Positions 58,201-62,800 of a DNA stretch of 64,000 nt are shown here, piece after piece. The position numbers and the translations under genes are program-made. The notes under the pieces are model-generated. The model saw only the letters and a list, made by a program, of their open reading frames with translations, searched no databases and was not told the origin of the DNA. The DNA comes from an uncultured bacterium (GTDB lineage Bacteria; Oederibacteriota; JAAXVQ01; JAUVAV01), in contig CAVQBK010000003.1 in the NCBI GenBank assembly GCA_963710755.1, forward strand, positions 1,216,001-1,280,000. The letters are read 5' to 3'. How positions within the stretch are numbered: position 1 is the stretch's first letter; every line of letters begins with the position of its first letter.

Positions 58201-59668
58201 ATCAGGTGCCGGAACCTTGACAGAAGCAGGGCTGGCGATGTTGAGAGCTAATGAACAAAAATATTCCAATAATAAGCAAAGGGTAGCCCTTGACCCTGTA
58301 GACCTCCTGGGCGCGGTGGTGCAGGCCAATGAAGCCGTGGCAACACAATTAGGGCAGAAAGCAGAACCCAATCTGGGCGAGACTTTGGTCCAACGGTTGA
58401 ATGAGATGGTCAGGACCGGATTTGGCCGCAATTTGTTGTCCTTGATCAATGAGTTGCGGATGGGCAAGGCTGAGAGCCTGAGGCAACGGTTACTGCAGAC
58501 CTTGGCAAAAGAGTGGCAAGGACAGTCGGGTATGACGGCTGCAGCCTATGAAAACGCCGCCCTGGCGCTGGTGCAAACAAAGTCTTCCCAGGCTATGGTG
58601 GCCAAATCAGAGGCAACGCCGCCGGTTAATCAAGTGGTTTATTTATTCAATTCACCGCAACTGATCGCAGCCTTGCTGGAAAATACGCGGCAGCTTTTGA
58701 CTCAAGCTCACCAGCAGGAAGTGAGGGGAAGTACCGTCGAAAGCTTGACGGCTGTTGCAGAAAGTTTGACGGCCCTGAAGGCCATGTCCGAACAGCACCA
58801 GCCTGGGGAACTGATGACGCTCAGTGATGATCCGGCCATGGTCCAGGCACTAATGCCTTATATTCGCGGCTATGCACAACAGGCTGATACCGGCAGCATG
58901 CTTAATTTGGGTGAGGATTTTGAAGAAAAAACCAGCGTGGTGCTGGGCGAGCATCAGACCTATACCCTGCAACTGGCCAGCGGACAGGACGTGGCTATGC
59001 CCATCACCGCGGTCTATGAGTTGAGTACAGCTTCAGCTTCGGTGGATATGAAGCAGTGGCGGCAATTACTCAAACAAGGTGCAATTAGCGGTACCTCTTT
59101 CTTTGAAATGCGCCAAACGCTGCGAACCCCATCCGCCGGGAATCACATGCTGGCCAAAATGGCCATGAGCCTGAGCACTGGTCTTCTGGCCAATAACTTT
59201 ATCGGCCGGGCTTTGGATCAAGTGGCTGCTAAGCTTGACTTCGAAACCTACATCACCACCTACGCTTCGGCACAGCATTACCAATCGGCGCTAGGTGGGA
59301 TGCTGAAGGATGACAATAGTGGATTGCGCCAACTGCTTAAAACCCATCAGGCCAATGCCAAGCTGACCCAGCGTGAGTTCATTATTGCCTTGATCCGGGT
59401 GCTGCGCGAGCATACAGATGATCGTCTGTTGACCAAGGATGTGATTGACCTCATGACTCATGCTGCGCCAGGCGCCACGACCGTGGCCGGCACGATGGAT
59501 GGTAAGCCCTTCCAGCTGCCCAATCTGCTATGGGCCAGCGGTATGCGCGGCAAGTTGGGGGCCTTTATGGATCATGTGAATGCTTTTGAAGATATGATTA
59601 AACTGGATAACAACATGAACAATGCCATTGAACGGCGCGTCATCCGTTCGGCTGCCGGCTCGGCCTAG
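31289..59668 (+). CDS. Giant multidomain membrane protein 2 (~9,460 aa): shared N-domain, LysM, FN3-like segments, two Cgs/OpgH-like glucosyltransferases, two Cgs-cyclase/GH144-like barrels, two M50-like HExxH units
   Basis: Uninterrupted 28.4-kb ORF with RBS GGAGG before ATG 31289. Motifs are listed in the findings. Confidence 0.9.
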   Translation: MTKDVTTPKNPMENQDDLLSMQAWHHPKRNLLTKIITLMITVTFVFPLVTWAFDKTNYQPQDYIPLKYNAKDLIVPDQYAKIHDSHQAGQQVVVLVQNLHCNYDVQMNIAHIIDYLSGHYRLKLVGVEGASTALNTTKLGTFPVKEVKEDVGKSLVRQGQMTGAEYYAATGAHKILLEGIEDQALYEHNLDTVHEFLNAESQGYCYDLRELLDGLKSNIYNPALLRFDEQQASYREGRMPMVKYALVLRRLGRQTQADMSAFPNLNVYLEKEKNVFPVAVNVDALYLEMDRLNRLIRESMYTDPRQRQLDQLLHRLDLMEKLLNVSATPAELAEFNADRQNFHVKRFLEFIRTINPDADYLLDAEVSQLDYYLTKVERFYEVADKRSERFVTNLLKDMQAYHQTIAVMISGGFHTEGIAQQLKARGISYVTVMPKVNHQDIVNPYFQLLQNRKTPLEQLLAQNQNLIEIPLNSVGVAPEDRYRTVNEHNIKQVSLDQRPGTIMRLKTFMNLIQLMVNVCLVTYLVGKVKAGSLLSIYEKTKLGDGQAEIPGYLAEFAGLEVDKGALGKETMTQLQQGRPVILPVSGAHFALVVAKKDVIREPANLGQPMPIGENYDFVAVAGTDVQALGQKLSTMTSHSFTLLPQAGLSRQLVNVMMLTTGGGMISAGLSLNQFVQGMTNGQGFLPNINELKQRMQRWTSPFKPAIGQLNQWVLNHLPLMAGLGVVAVGMGLAIFTPMPVVGLTGFVLAGVGMAYYKALLLAVGTLWGNRARYVKAGLAVVVLSIAGAWFSAAQAATSGVYTVTQGDYAGAVAIRLGVAQEQLAKQVPNINVIKPGQQFNFITEKSSQAIQKARAHAQGQITVAQAEQPEAEGALEPTAIKSAAQTDQAEAAAAAAGRTADHGQQPAAQAGKTVPAAPAAAAAPASNQAPTAAAPAETEPAALASQDKRAQTAESEPASAEQAQDQSASAPDQAAPRAEIVQPEEAQPSALMAFVSRVMGSLTQYDILALMLSLIAFGTISSKVSKGFLSRVRAKISLIQGQQLDVEETALINQLVLKNEQRKVVNVRLDDRFGLALLRRPDFRETLKSAAAENLSLPANISVTFTLGKSLPWRYVDQLVKDIEAIFPEQSHFTILYRHGRTNIIYFSNEGSLTENGIAPRDLSNKMQAQARFESKLKAWENFLLHFSHGPTTIFAFLVTVFAGAVFVLPDNTLTHLFAEGTAQAQRVVQLLWSSDWMGLLKSTALTVTAHPGITAAVAMLVGFWYLYRQVPKSMVKTFWTKVVFSTVALIRNLVLLALAIFISFEAVQMHKPHLIQSNQQIQKIEQDYFWKDVFTQGALPKGMEKFMGQEHLHVQQYPAKLQEQAKEVLSWTSDAAVALNANINAALQQRNDNLDKTIWQMSLYLAGQIKDQGYSFLSERAVHYFGFGLVDNGLLRLASDLKGKVMLKRGYETGTPDVYSFLPGTFRGRSLTQEGTWQATNDDGRLSLNGRFTTPEGRQVSSTIGFPGTDQAYVIRQDTYTGTAPVRQPGYQMNLFEAGKSPNFTNSLWIKGMKAPLSAPGHVSPGKSLDITDLIRKNKSTLFIYSFGEALVVNIPNMDQVAQIKLYAPTQEEINSGQTPMTWKRLEIIYKDGAVTHQDGNTVLPKLYTGLLEGNLVSAQDNDAIPDMIQNLVDDWLLMLSNPDHAKYRVWVTGYDEIGVASSLAKAALYFESIGDQEKAALAKDAALRIGAHTYQIYAQTRLHLDNLLETYSVGMYYPMMVTLYYELHQLDPQGGWMEKSIAVADQLVQRQYLHPNSKDIHYGLTTITKANLPVKRTVDGKSLTFQRGPLGQLKTISDDQNNVRFKGDEEGLTILRAMMDQLYMRPHASNITYIEGRQGQQLINQVEVLFLSKKYTFYFIYNNKDQLIEIDSPQAKAAFFGTFKDLENLRLILNGEGEEKTELFNIKSATRPVIDFFKDATGNIFRMHYNELGTLDKVTGPNNTDVTDQFKKDPIIPAYALWPSGESRGDPKGRLSVQGQALKALRVAYQEAMDNGDHNRAGKYLHAADLFIHQGLKVGPDGTFIGYSELDPNSGVLTEVEELHNGFGIAVLAEGYAAWQDVVPKAAEKLEVAFKNLHDTYQTSQGFAKKKGEVADAETTFSADLAWLASRGNPAYLHWAQQLGLSNWGWLIPYIQDRLDFQSKGIDQESLKVKWISQESFKLSWKPVLGASIFQIQEQYWDEENQRWALTEAAKDQPQQLWSGVPEVVIEKPLKGLYRYTITPYRVPDKQQLGPIGGPGLYGGRGQAAVIKVQTQNIKIEPPEGPIIITNTPNGSLVTLDFNGDVVSLSYKKEAFPQVRGWEWEFYDGPYYEGKEPVGVYRTEHDTIHLTQLPFKLEANHQYYARVHGFTGVRGEKGTPDYFGFNGFQLDYKPLTHGQGVVHKPLPSGPIEAFAYDHDTHMLSWQGLAPNYTVITWQGDPNPQAAYFRKNVRTYDVTGSTNNEIELIYPCDHVMIVGSNTSGPFGVTGESSGAIAVDAMDIPPYEGIVLTAKDIEIKGNKVMIKDRVVKALPENAVVRVNLFNPFLEGKSFHSVVLDNLKQEPYFYLSGTEVIDELTATKGNIGLSFTVGLRDDLNDSTLYSSEALSLKITINQQDLQRLMMDPMIKINADQITFDGKTIFFPSVHGMDISRVVVKNALGVPVKDTLVTPGNNVGALPIAGIDLAGSKFFTVEVYAGWHATKKFTVFNRNPAVRRFDLTHQALGAISQQKEQQLLQATNRLIRDGKITVGPLVGHGQQGQAVTLRNAPYDINFRDAFKHASAYKVAVYDNDGKLVDTFNLEKPLDPRIAILSLRGQKVARAAARGPLYLKLCPGYIYQGATVYTSKGVLWPKRVSIDPALIPHLTSREINQALKELKVRVQGNQVFFDLRSGELNTKGYRVELWYGNERKIKDERISYNQAFFFLMGSDIKQAVQEGKLVFRVYAAKKESGIFVAADDQTAHRTIKAVELGLTPDKAKDIPEMTAVLADQLLTKIEVNKIKLTQDNRQIVIPTTLDNGFVKVIIYDKTGRQITDKIIHVAKGEDIKLSQELFQYENNPFSSAFGPLTITLQAGLNEDFLRPELRKALDDNPNLIKWNWNAYFTTQTVRIRVNLSQDGKIKSVKKLPRSQPAVPETENTGYMLSWQPPSWKTLQQMGARTPEDFDGYRLILKTDQGETIKRDIDKDYPYFSLINVLPEGIKYSYEVQVKIRGKAQGDFTAWSSFSPLVAKGPAPVDPNLQGTQPTGWVINAVETTPSEQQQERRKIVDVVITAGGMVVLVPKDSDASDFHFPGYTEAVFKLGEEVYPIGRTQKLSKPSAAKQGLHGQEVFASDDGRLRYLVNHVALPEKNVVVNHYAWENPDQQGPIEMNIGARPANSAGKAQAGKVTVGDKTYVVILFGNGQFMAVDEATVVQRGWYVGNEMQAALNDDKKANRNEHYTGHGEGSVFFISLPKGEDFSVYSGLAKTMDQAGQLVEKATAYYQNFQDLQQSFRTHGPTLGNLQTMAQRTVPAFINPQNYHVGELPLSWTGGDLPNINHADNMWTGNASEMQMMLWQLYQLYGNIRLGDYTVEELLANNAKVITQMQTPTGLFYLRLSRGMRLYKNDEGGQVADNSLSLIIMNDQDVLRMLQGYEPLPVASIGGIELAVDGRKVHPNDASQYGFNYKEPDSFKPDQPVMTIQRFFDLRSGSGQHRVTEKATLINGIRGVKQAIEVTNTSEKPIRLTKMKTGYVDLAADQSVTFNPQKLAGIPQSPNMMIIPGYDKPIYAQDLLNEGRAKQLQGDDLVKYVNDRINDLIKQAGAKNLVFAGWDEFITMRFGELKPNQRLEVGVGISPLRANQRVNEFLTARVVTDIPEDQQELQPGQTWEGDPVTYAHFFNPVSVVDAKGMPVEIYLVHEWEKRMEILEDPHATEAQKKEVLDAIAFDTNYGFAADALAMGATSDFYKNMAENAKDPQKKKEYLDQARFYGDRVMLAAMAAKQAYWTALFNKNTVLSAGIMRFYGYHFWLFQWMDQYANSELGQGAVGRILEDKFVNPHAKEWFKQLKQEGQWPKQIKDHLELKLDELARYVHNHGEVGREKVYDVIKNRTYEDSWKGWAYFISDMIVALEETRENAVEGGARQNEGPSEVQLDDQGVKVAVVAQAYAMAKNDSNPANFDTNRKRMAEYKAFAERAISKWFHIVEKGDVGQLWGFRNLVAPQHFDNQLTTYGQVNAMRGLVMTSIIFGDEMPRAKKLLDLAFENLFERHKGATETTIFRTLGLTIFDNLQLPTNGHDTNSENLPIGMQMMLIHAAHQAGMDLDPNNPLQFNRETGKPFLAGLPQVDNYPDSFWVALGGLAFILMGFGGGAVAWNYLNRRKADKRIEEDQPIAKVDGKSLTDLTYDDFKAFLPAEVLDTWLNPQAVPTNQLNDPRSLPQFLNWKRSNQIFDPRQALLLLAERLESEQKGKENLRLKTLLGNLGGIKMPAHMRGLQWDKNMLVSSGKASRATVAAVYRAAGAVLANYLGDQADDQSVRRLLAEIDALLQKTQIHKEQTKAAGAVTQANGLEKQPPTMLNQGQQLEKTFDITSPVIQSIQARLDQVQTQPLTQRGWFHWLMGQQQKAIKKWLATMLSSPPFNFRPFLMVPFLPWRLEQSYTMPGQHYMIIMKTLERRIKYLTKIYDYLAGVYKVNRQIKALHKQHDRLEDIFYQAGRQPDVNQTRLMQLNQELTLKKKEIEIAEALRDEIQKTIQDQVSTPLVRFMETLPEDTKWATRIEGNLSRTIKDYEKDQVLIDRKIAQAQPETLTQTILGWLKLTEVFKRAQKEANAKNATSFKARFLNSLLAAPYANKEAVALLERAELTATALLPYLVRQLLEVEKSYQDRLKTLQDQISELSEKNKDVRELDTMSMQVRLLETYLLPKIHQQLEKNYADYQKEKDTLTEKLATASTAEERTALQSELDALKIILDAFPRLGAFHLAMDQDLAAHLAELDKQLKNTQRNFTTFDIDEQTLYQLNEHYTLLNTLGAKIKDIKGRRDQLVAAAETLNMPVSNFTLGHRLGSNVIGKAREKMEFLFQQIENYDGVLKDIDDARAATKKRLSQIKAFTQSRLYYLTMMTDGVLSDAYDITNFWRDNQLQTDNAVARDYFENAILRSLDPDEMIKALNINIKKGLKESDGEFKKRVAATIAKTAEEMDHQQRIEVVKSYLNRLNDSQIRDLIRNILYDNNLYEDNTIGSGSLTKLKDVDRFHKNTNIFLKYFPDPDYSAVPDQGLRQAVNYLADNMRIDLKDLLPDYFLPSLRSFSYVWGVRLIQFGMTVGIMASFSLVFADPDTYYRLVETMTNIPGLIDYINHLLTWLLESVGLGGSFLFAGLVTPGKIEKQNIRGSMWRYSAFGAFLVLMAFYLNAATGVSMGGVVFFLVHVLVGGTLLFHTLWAPSHKLYTFILQLFGVRPEAPAQYSLDELRNEVDAYYQKHGQPLNLIFLKPKFGSDPSDYQEYINFLKRDVAFMADSLRYLPHLHVTLSSPSLAPGHGLEAFQKAALASFQNYIKSTYPDIADQLHIAYFPVNRVWSSKPGQLERFEVFLSDLYTTYGTRLKKGLYGNSGLTIGGKQFAQVGGDNLLLLVGGPGKVKNVTQQDKIIETNQDLLDAIHNGDRLEPVDKEAWEQWVYDPMRVVANSDDKNSWGLTGEMGLQGSTMLSYLRVMFKNPNIYMALPTIYVTKPTMKSKTYSSPWLYIADLARTYNTISEVVMMWIYKGAYGHYGKSMLQPGQHARTIYKSEHLHPDKQTSHDYQEAIAMMKARVIIGSVLSKLRVTILNAKSYLFSHRLGDRKHVYKLQREGMTLRIWEHNPGSPTQTVQSDGQILAKSADGFVPTMAFKDVLAKVILTAAAERKLLNEDPDVVQGQEWSIQSIAPLGNEDHYEIVVRMGEGEEAKEAKFQFLFDANGGVSLTSNNMMSKPAWFSPQDMRKYMDIIIRHAVMSNIEDKGSVGERDLRMPISFFLRDGRWVVGDWQMLLTEGPYDKYLSPRELFHYVLLKRRLYLDAVFLIFSMYFLTIALTGYMTLSNFGLATTILIITNVAIIGVDKLFLPFGESLKDYRKIIWDEPTLRGRFIQFLKQGGFLVKLTFNTLNFGVRVTLYTTLVSLMNLWIMGFVVAKVIKAGREGAKIEWKGLDNATLAQMEFKMLFPAFLNRFFEGKLVKSHYNTFTRPWRVGLAAVAILAGAGYVGLILTGTLYTGIGIMILSWLVAPLVMYIASQGKEGKWREKLYFPFLLGYMALFIGVLGPYYQWEPLLRVVLSLYSLFVTFFIFEFTPMLPKRIKTAGQNLKQSSKGQIWLAMAMTALIAGGVVYQEDLKQWTSTIPARTQRVIDEAKYILHSQVPWLPIDFAKGTSITPTTAEGGQAPQGKEEKKQSTAAPVQGNRLLQPKNKEEKPAVNPSATIPNTDEGGKAPQGKEKKPSTVAAPAQSNLQPQSKTRKEQPAVDLSATILNGSMAFTNNKLQVQQVDIEHWRKDQAIPDKEAFFKNYLKLLHMYGQSSVTGKNAGDLAFWAAKTSRGEMTFEQIEYNELPPAKAAVEVDETSVPAATHSSKPLFSAGMDAAAKKAYVKKLLQAYLHERVKFRDPNKDYPLDYPAKTDETNATNIGFDLVQTVVAQQINGEIKQKEALTHLRKVLRHLLKEPQTSGFFPNHLSLKGQTPVPDNPQALSDSNKIIPGLIMVWHAYKGTEVGKMAYQLLNRIDWSKLYDASHNALRFMFDVKTGQWSGGPRVWLGSDLRLPYIIGTAIGQLPMKSLDLISGRPDTKPGEIRETKQFGLFMPMMDGLFLSVAEKGTIVEKWAADQAWAQFEHAAERGAPLTFNSSSINPNNYSYNANFTGAGINIVSPHAVALASRFYPNVATEEFERMDAMGMRGQFGFSDAIDVTTGKMAGEDRAVGGPNNAMTYLSLTNLFAGGQVVSQYFTNALSDYMQDQGPKAKYPVAQDARSFYRQVPFYRNKTDQFALYRQRDQQGLNKIPPVPQRLLKGNRLLWNANVVPAAIAAVLGLAGLFFTGYLDSTVMGSTIGAGAIAFLSAIGLHEASHRLWTPGGRLVWDRQGLQVMPPRGAAVTRAQALAGPIGSLIIGASFALALALLTPFSSAALAVGLTFVAVNMWSLIPGIPGDAQMIWGKNASDKQLETKEDGSKIIDKLLGKGKIYLWTTFALAIVLYIIIYPQLVDWSKTQVIMGLTNVIVIFTMNFFLINKTIARLLHLTRGSRTLKAMDYSSGIPEDQKTAAYYPILFKNPSDLKFFNNTLKLSIQNNRDPNIQWVILSTSPKNIQAEEEKAIAALKKELGINNLSYIHRSSKVNNWETKRGGYMHFMNWLHQGAPENGVIQKVQRFPAMPAGEVFDQIISDLNGLKTVTNMVMGDSDSYWPTDSIKNLVARIVEPENQDYVIFQGRVLGRNQDESFLARLYNEIQIIIQGQNEFWTQFEEIFWGGHGAGWEINKFLDSMAGNMNNGFTSHDYVESLFARTAWIPDVVSYEDITPNLELLLKQVKRYWQGDKLTGVFYKTLIPQETGELKRSPLTVIQRVTLASSVHSMWVLPLLLLVYIMTSAQMVFLGISIWYLNLHIALFFLLFTVASKDISMILKGIRVLPVLLLVVPIVMFLMPYAATVDLLKQAVSKIFKIKFGDFNWVPQGSLNRSQDYQKILPFVVTATLLGLTGIWFLPLGISVFLFGPLLLAPLTSWWLAQSPEIISFENIINYFDRKQVMQRIPKIAAMALLVLALVTVISLATSSSAQGQASFDGNSSRGTPTLVKPDSDLARQIVTQSSSLSRGKLKVEAGDVNYWLDDRTITDKAAFFNAYLNLLKMYGQSSVTGKKAGDLAYWATRISNRQTTLAEAQKDFPAGAIASNAVQADVNALAQRVVMESQSLTKGKLKVEAGDVNYWLVDRTITDKAAFFNAYLNLLKMYGQSSVTGKKAGDLAYWATRISNRQTTLAEAQKDFPAGAIASNAVQADVNALAQRVVMESQSLTKGKLKVEAGDVNYWLVDRTITDKAAFFNAYLNLLKMYGQSSVTGKKAGDLAFWAARISKGQAGWEEISRDFLPQDNAAATKAQPASADTFHFQRLFSAGMTASDKKSYYITLLEAYWEERVTHRDQEKDYPLDYPDKTEETNATNIGFDLVQTVVADRINGDIKEKEALAHLRKVLSNLLKEPQTSGFFPNHLSLKGKTPVPDNPQALSDSNKIIPGLIMVWHAYPKTEVGKMARQLLSRIDWSKLYDQPNHALRFMFDMKTGQWSGGPGVWLGSDVRLPYIIGAAIGQLPMEALDLIGGRPDTKPDEPRETQQFGLFMPMMDGLFLANAEKGTMVEQWAADQAWSQFEHGVERGYALTFNSSSINPNDYSYNANFTGPGASIISPHAIALASRFYPEIATEQFKRMDAMGMRHYGYRDAIDVVTGNMAREDRAVGGPNNGMTYLSLTNLKAGKQVVADYFDQALTHLMNDQRGKAKYPVAADARAFYHEVPVYQNPQNRAGVYRQRDQQGMTQIPPIPQRLLKGNRLLWESNVIPAAVATILGLAGLFFAGYLDSTVMGSTIGAAVMAFLSAMGLHEASHRLWTPGGRLVWDRQGLLVMPPRGAAVTRAQALAGPIGSLIIGASVALALALLTPFSSAALAVGLTFVAVNMWSLIPGVQGDAQIIWGQSKQPALLKLEAPVAAAEKTSGVMQEISRMRTWFNQPLRTNPTMTGMLRGLIALGLPAVLYPLASAIQMTAGYLQTDPVGLAVVLTAITGLVLAGLKGLLTAVLRRGPGRQLDADQVGQLKQLAGFAPEYRGLTFITKSQKAQATGNDVIIPDIVAGILIDTIAAQGPQTVINRLKARLAYYIFKSVVNDAMLQWTKRTSLEKQNLSWIDRLAMPFETLALRAGNPLFTGMMAAAAMAATIMIAGLLGLPVLGITIIVGLAAATMAWAFATITTSSFDYSDPKSGAGTLTEAGLAMLRANEQKYSNNKQRVALDPVDLLGAVVQANEAVATQLGQKAEPNLGETLVQRLNEMVRTGFGRNLLSLINELRMGKAESLRQRLLQTLAKEWQGQSGMTAAAYENAALALVQTKSSQAMVAKSEATPPVNQVVYLFNSPQLIAALLENTRQLLTQAHQQEVRGSTVESLTAVAESLTALKAMSEQHQPGELMTLSDDPAMVQALMPYIRGYAQQADTGSMLNLGEDFEEKTSVVLGEHQTYTLQLASGQDVAMPITAVYELSTASASVDMKQWRQLLKQGAISGTSFFEMRQTLRTPSAGNHMLAKMAMSLSTGLLANNFIGRALDQVAAKLDFETYITTYASAQHYQSALGGMLKDDNSGLRQLLKTHQANAKLTQREFIIALIRVLREHTDDRLLTKDVIDLMTHAAPGATTVAGTMDGKPFQLPNLLWASGMRGKLGAFMDHVNAFEDMIKLDNNMNNAIERRVIRSAAGSA
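50485..50766 (+). repeat. Two diverged ~141-bp in-frame tandem units (linker) in giant 2
   Basis: EGGQAPQGKEEKKQSTAAP...PAVNPSATI and EGGKAPQGKEKKPSTVAAP...PAVDLSATI. Confidence 0.8.
50790..52800 (+). repeat. Copy 1 of a ~2-kb internal duplication in giant 2 (helical unit + glycoside barrel + M50-like unit)
   Basis: Colinear with ~55350-57350 at an offset of ~4,555 bp, with long identical DNA tracts. Confidence 0.9.
54751..55510 (+). repeat. About 2.5 near-identical 300-bp (100-aa) in-frame tandem repeats
   Basis: Units start at 54751, 55051 and 55351 (gggtaagctgaaagttgaag...). I see one substitution (GAT>GTT) between units 1 and 2. Confidence 0.95.
55350..57350 (+). repeat. Copy 2 of the ~2-kb internal duplication in giant 2
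   Basis: Colinear with 50790-52800. Confidence 0.9.
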
Positions 59669-59690
59669 CCGTCAGCATAAGCCGGGGAGG

Positions 59691-59722
59691 AAAGGGCGGC
59701 CAAGGCTGGCCGCCCTTTTTTT
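59691..59722 (+). terminator. Rho-independent terminator after giant gene 2
   Basis: aaagggcggcca-aggc-tggccgccc followed by a T-run. Confidence 0.9.
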
Positions 59723-59824
59723 ATTTCCCCCACACCTCTTACAAACCATATCTTATGACGTGAAAAAATATTAGAATGTAAGAAACCGGATTCAAGAACC
59801 GTCTAATTAATAGAAAAGACCTTA

Positions 59825-62800
59825 ATGATGGGATGTTGTATGAAGGTATCTTATAACCACCGTTTCTTTCCAACCATGATCCTCCTATTAGTTACCTTGG
59901 TATTTATTGTGATAGGCATTGCCTCGGCTGATTATGATAAACGGGTTATCTGCGGCCGCGACAGTGGCGGACCTTATACGGATGTATACGGCTACCGCTG
60001 GGAACAGGATCAAGCTTATATTCCAGGAGACTTCGGCTTTACCAAACCAGGTACCATAGGGGTTTATTATGGCGGGGTTATTGAGAATACCGTCAATTGG
60101 ATACCATACCGGTATGAACGCTGGAATGATCCTGAGTACCAATTTGATGTTCCCGGACCGGGAACTTATTATGTGAAACTGCTTTATGCGGAAAAATGGT
60201 TTGGCTTGCCCCTAGATGCCGGCTTTGGCGGCGGCGGTGTAGGCAGCCGGGTATTTGATGTGCTGATCAACGACACGATGGTACAGCAGGATTTTGATAT
60301 TCTGCTGGATACGGGCGAGCGCGGCGCGCGGGCCGTGGTGATGACCTATCCGGTGGTAATCCCCAGCGGCGGGCCTTATGCCATCAAGATCACCATCGCC
60401 AGCGCTGATCAAGGCGGCAAACTGGATGCTATTGAGATTGCCGACCATCCTACTCTGACCGCGGTCATGGATAATTATAGGCCTGCTAGCATGACTCATG
60501 AAGAAGTCTATCGTTTAAACTGCGGCGGCGGCCAGGTCCTGGACAGCCAGCAACAATTGTGGATGCCCGATGAACCTTTTGCCATGGTCCAGCGCTGGGG
60601 GTTTGCAGGCGGTCGGGAAGCCGTCAAGCCAAGTTATGATATTAACCTGTTGGGTGTGCTGGATACTTGGCGTGCCGGCGATGACCAGATGAGCTACCGT
60701 CTGCATATCCCTAACGGACGCTACCAGGTGGTGCTGCTATTCTCAGAGCATGAAGCCCAGTCGCCGGGGCAGCGCGTTTTTGATGTACTGGTCAACGGTC
60801 AGACGGTGGGCAACCAGCTTGACATCTTTAAGGAGGCAGGGGCAGCCACACTTTTGGAAAAGGAAACCACGCTTACGGTCAGTGATGAAAAAGTTGATAT
60901 CCGTTTTGCCAACATCACCGCTGGTGAAGCGATGATCAATGGCATTGAGTTGCATGTATTGGATGTGACGGACAATGACTTTTTGGATTTTGTGGAAAAA
61001 AGAAGTCTGGATTATTTTCGCATGACCGACGGACCCTTTGCCACGGTCAATGCCAACAATGGTCTGACCCTGGACCGGCAACATAATTTTTTCGGAGACC
61101 ATCAGTGGGGCGCGGCCAGTATTGCGGCCACAGGTTTTGCCCTGGCCGCCATTTGTGCCGGGGCTGAACGGGGCTGGCTGGATAAGGCCCAGGTGGAGCA
61201 GCAGGCCGCCACCACCATCACTTATTTCAATAGCGCCTCTGATTACCAGGATGAGACCCAGGATGAAGTCACTCAGAAAGAGGGCTTCTTTTTCCATTTC
61301 CTGGATATGAACACAGGGAAACGGGTCAGTACCTGTGAATTGTCCTCCATTGACAGCACCTTACTTTTTGCAGGCATGCTCGCAGCTGCTGATTATTTCA
61401 AAAATACCGCTTTGGACAGTCAAGCGCAGGCCCTGTTGCAACGCGCCAACTGGACCTGGTTTGCACAATCCAGCTCATTGGGATTTTGTGCCATGGCTTG
61501 GCGGCCGGAGAGCGGTGCCTTTGAAAGTCAATGGAGCCGGTACAATGAAGGGGTGTTGTTGAATATCATCGGTATGGGGGCCTCCAATAATGCCCTGTCC
61601 ACGGCGGCATGGTATTACATGGATCGTTATTGGGTTAAGGCCGAGGGTTTTGATTATATGATCGAGGATCCGGTGGAGCCAACACCAATGTTTACCCATC
61701 TTTACCCGCAATGTTATTTGCGTTTATCCAACCTTCAGGACGACAAGAACAACTATTTTAAGAACAATGCCCTGGTGGTGGATGTGGACAAGGCTTATTG
61801 CCAAAGCCACAGTGATCAAACCTATCAAGCTGGCGGGTGGGGTTTGACAGCCTCCGATTCACCCAAAAAAGTGTATAGTTATGCGGTTTATCGAACCAAG
61901 GATGGGGAGAACGACGGCACGGTCAATCCCTGCATGGTGGCCGGGGCTATTCCTTTTGCACCTCAGCAGACTATTGCCGATTTAAGACGGCTCTATTTTG
62001 ATTACAAGCATTTTATATGGGGCCGGTTTGGGTTCAGTAACAGTTACAATCTGGATGCACCCAAACTGGTCTCTGATGAAAAAAGCGGTGTGGGCTGGGT
62101 GGCGGCTGATATTATCGGTATTGACCAGGGTGCCTTAGTTGCGGGTATAGAAAATTATCGTACTGGATTCGTATGGGATCATTTTATGGCTCAGCCCAGC
62201 GTGAAACAGGGAATGGCCCGGGTGGGCATGGGAAGTTTATTAATCGATGATTTCGATAATGATGGTTTTTATCAGGATCAACCGTTGAGCCGAGACGCCA
62301 ATTGGTGGAGTACTGCACCAAGCCAATGCAGCCTGAGTGTGGTTACAGACCAACCCGGCAATTCTACGGCCTGTCTTAAAATTGACTATATATTCCAAAC
62401 CGGACAAACAGGATTGGATTTTGGCATGGCCAATCTCAGCCAGCCGGCTAACATGAGTTATTTTCAAGACCAAAGCAGTTTAACCTTTGCTTTCAAGGGC
62501 ACGGTGACCATGCAGTTGCGTTTTGAAGATAAAAAAGGTCAAGTTTCTTCCTGGTCATCACCTTTTAGTTTGTCATCGGATCAATGGCAGGAAGAAAATT
62601 GGGATTATAATAACCTTAATTGGCTTAATTGTGATAATAAACAAATTGAAAAAATAACTTTTCATATCATTTCTGTACCGAATAACGCCAATCCAGGTAT
62701 TTTTTACCTAGATTCCATCAGGTTGGGAGGATCAGCTGTCCCAGTTATAGTCACCTCGGAAATCCTGGATAAGTTAAAGTCCGATGATGTGCTCCTTTAT

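Noticed and set aside
31289-59668. Giant 2 as an NRPS/PKS or repetitive adhesin
   Set aside because: No A/C/PCP/KS motifs and no long RTX, cadherin or Big repeat arrays; the content is TM-rich and CAZyme-like.
458-62473. Many short minus-strand and alternate-frame ORFs
   Set aside because: Nearly all overlap well-supported + strand genes and show no recognisable motifs; treated as shadow ORFs.
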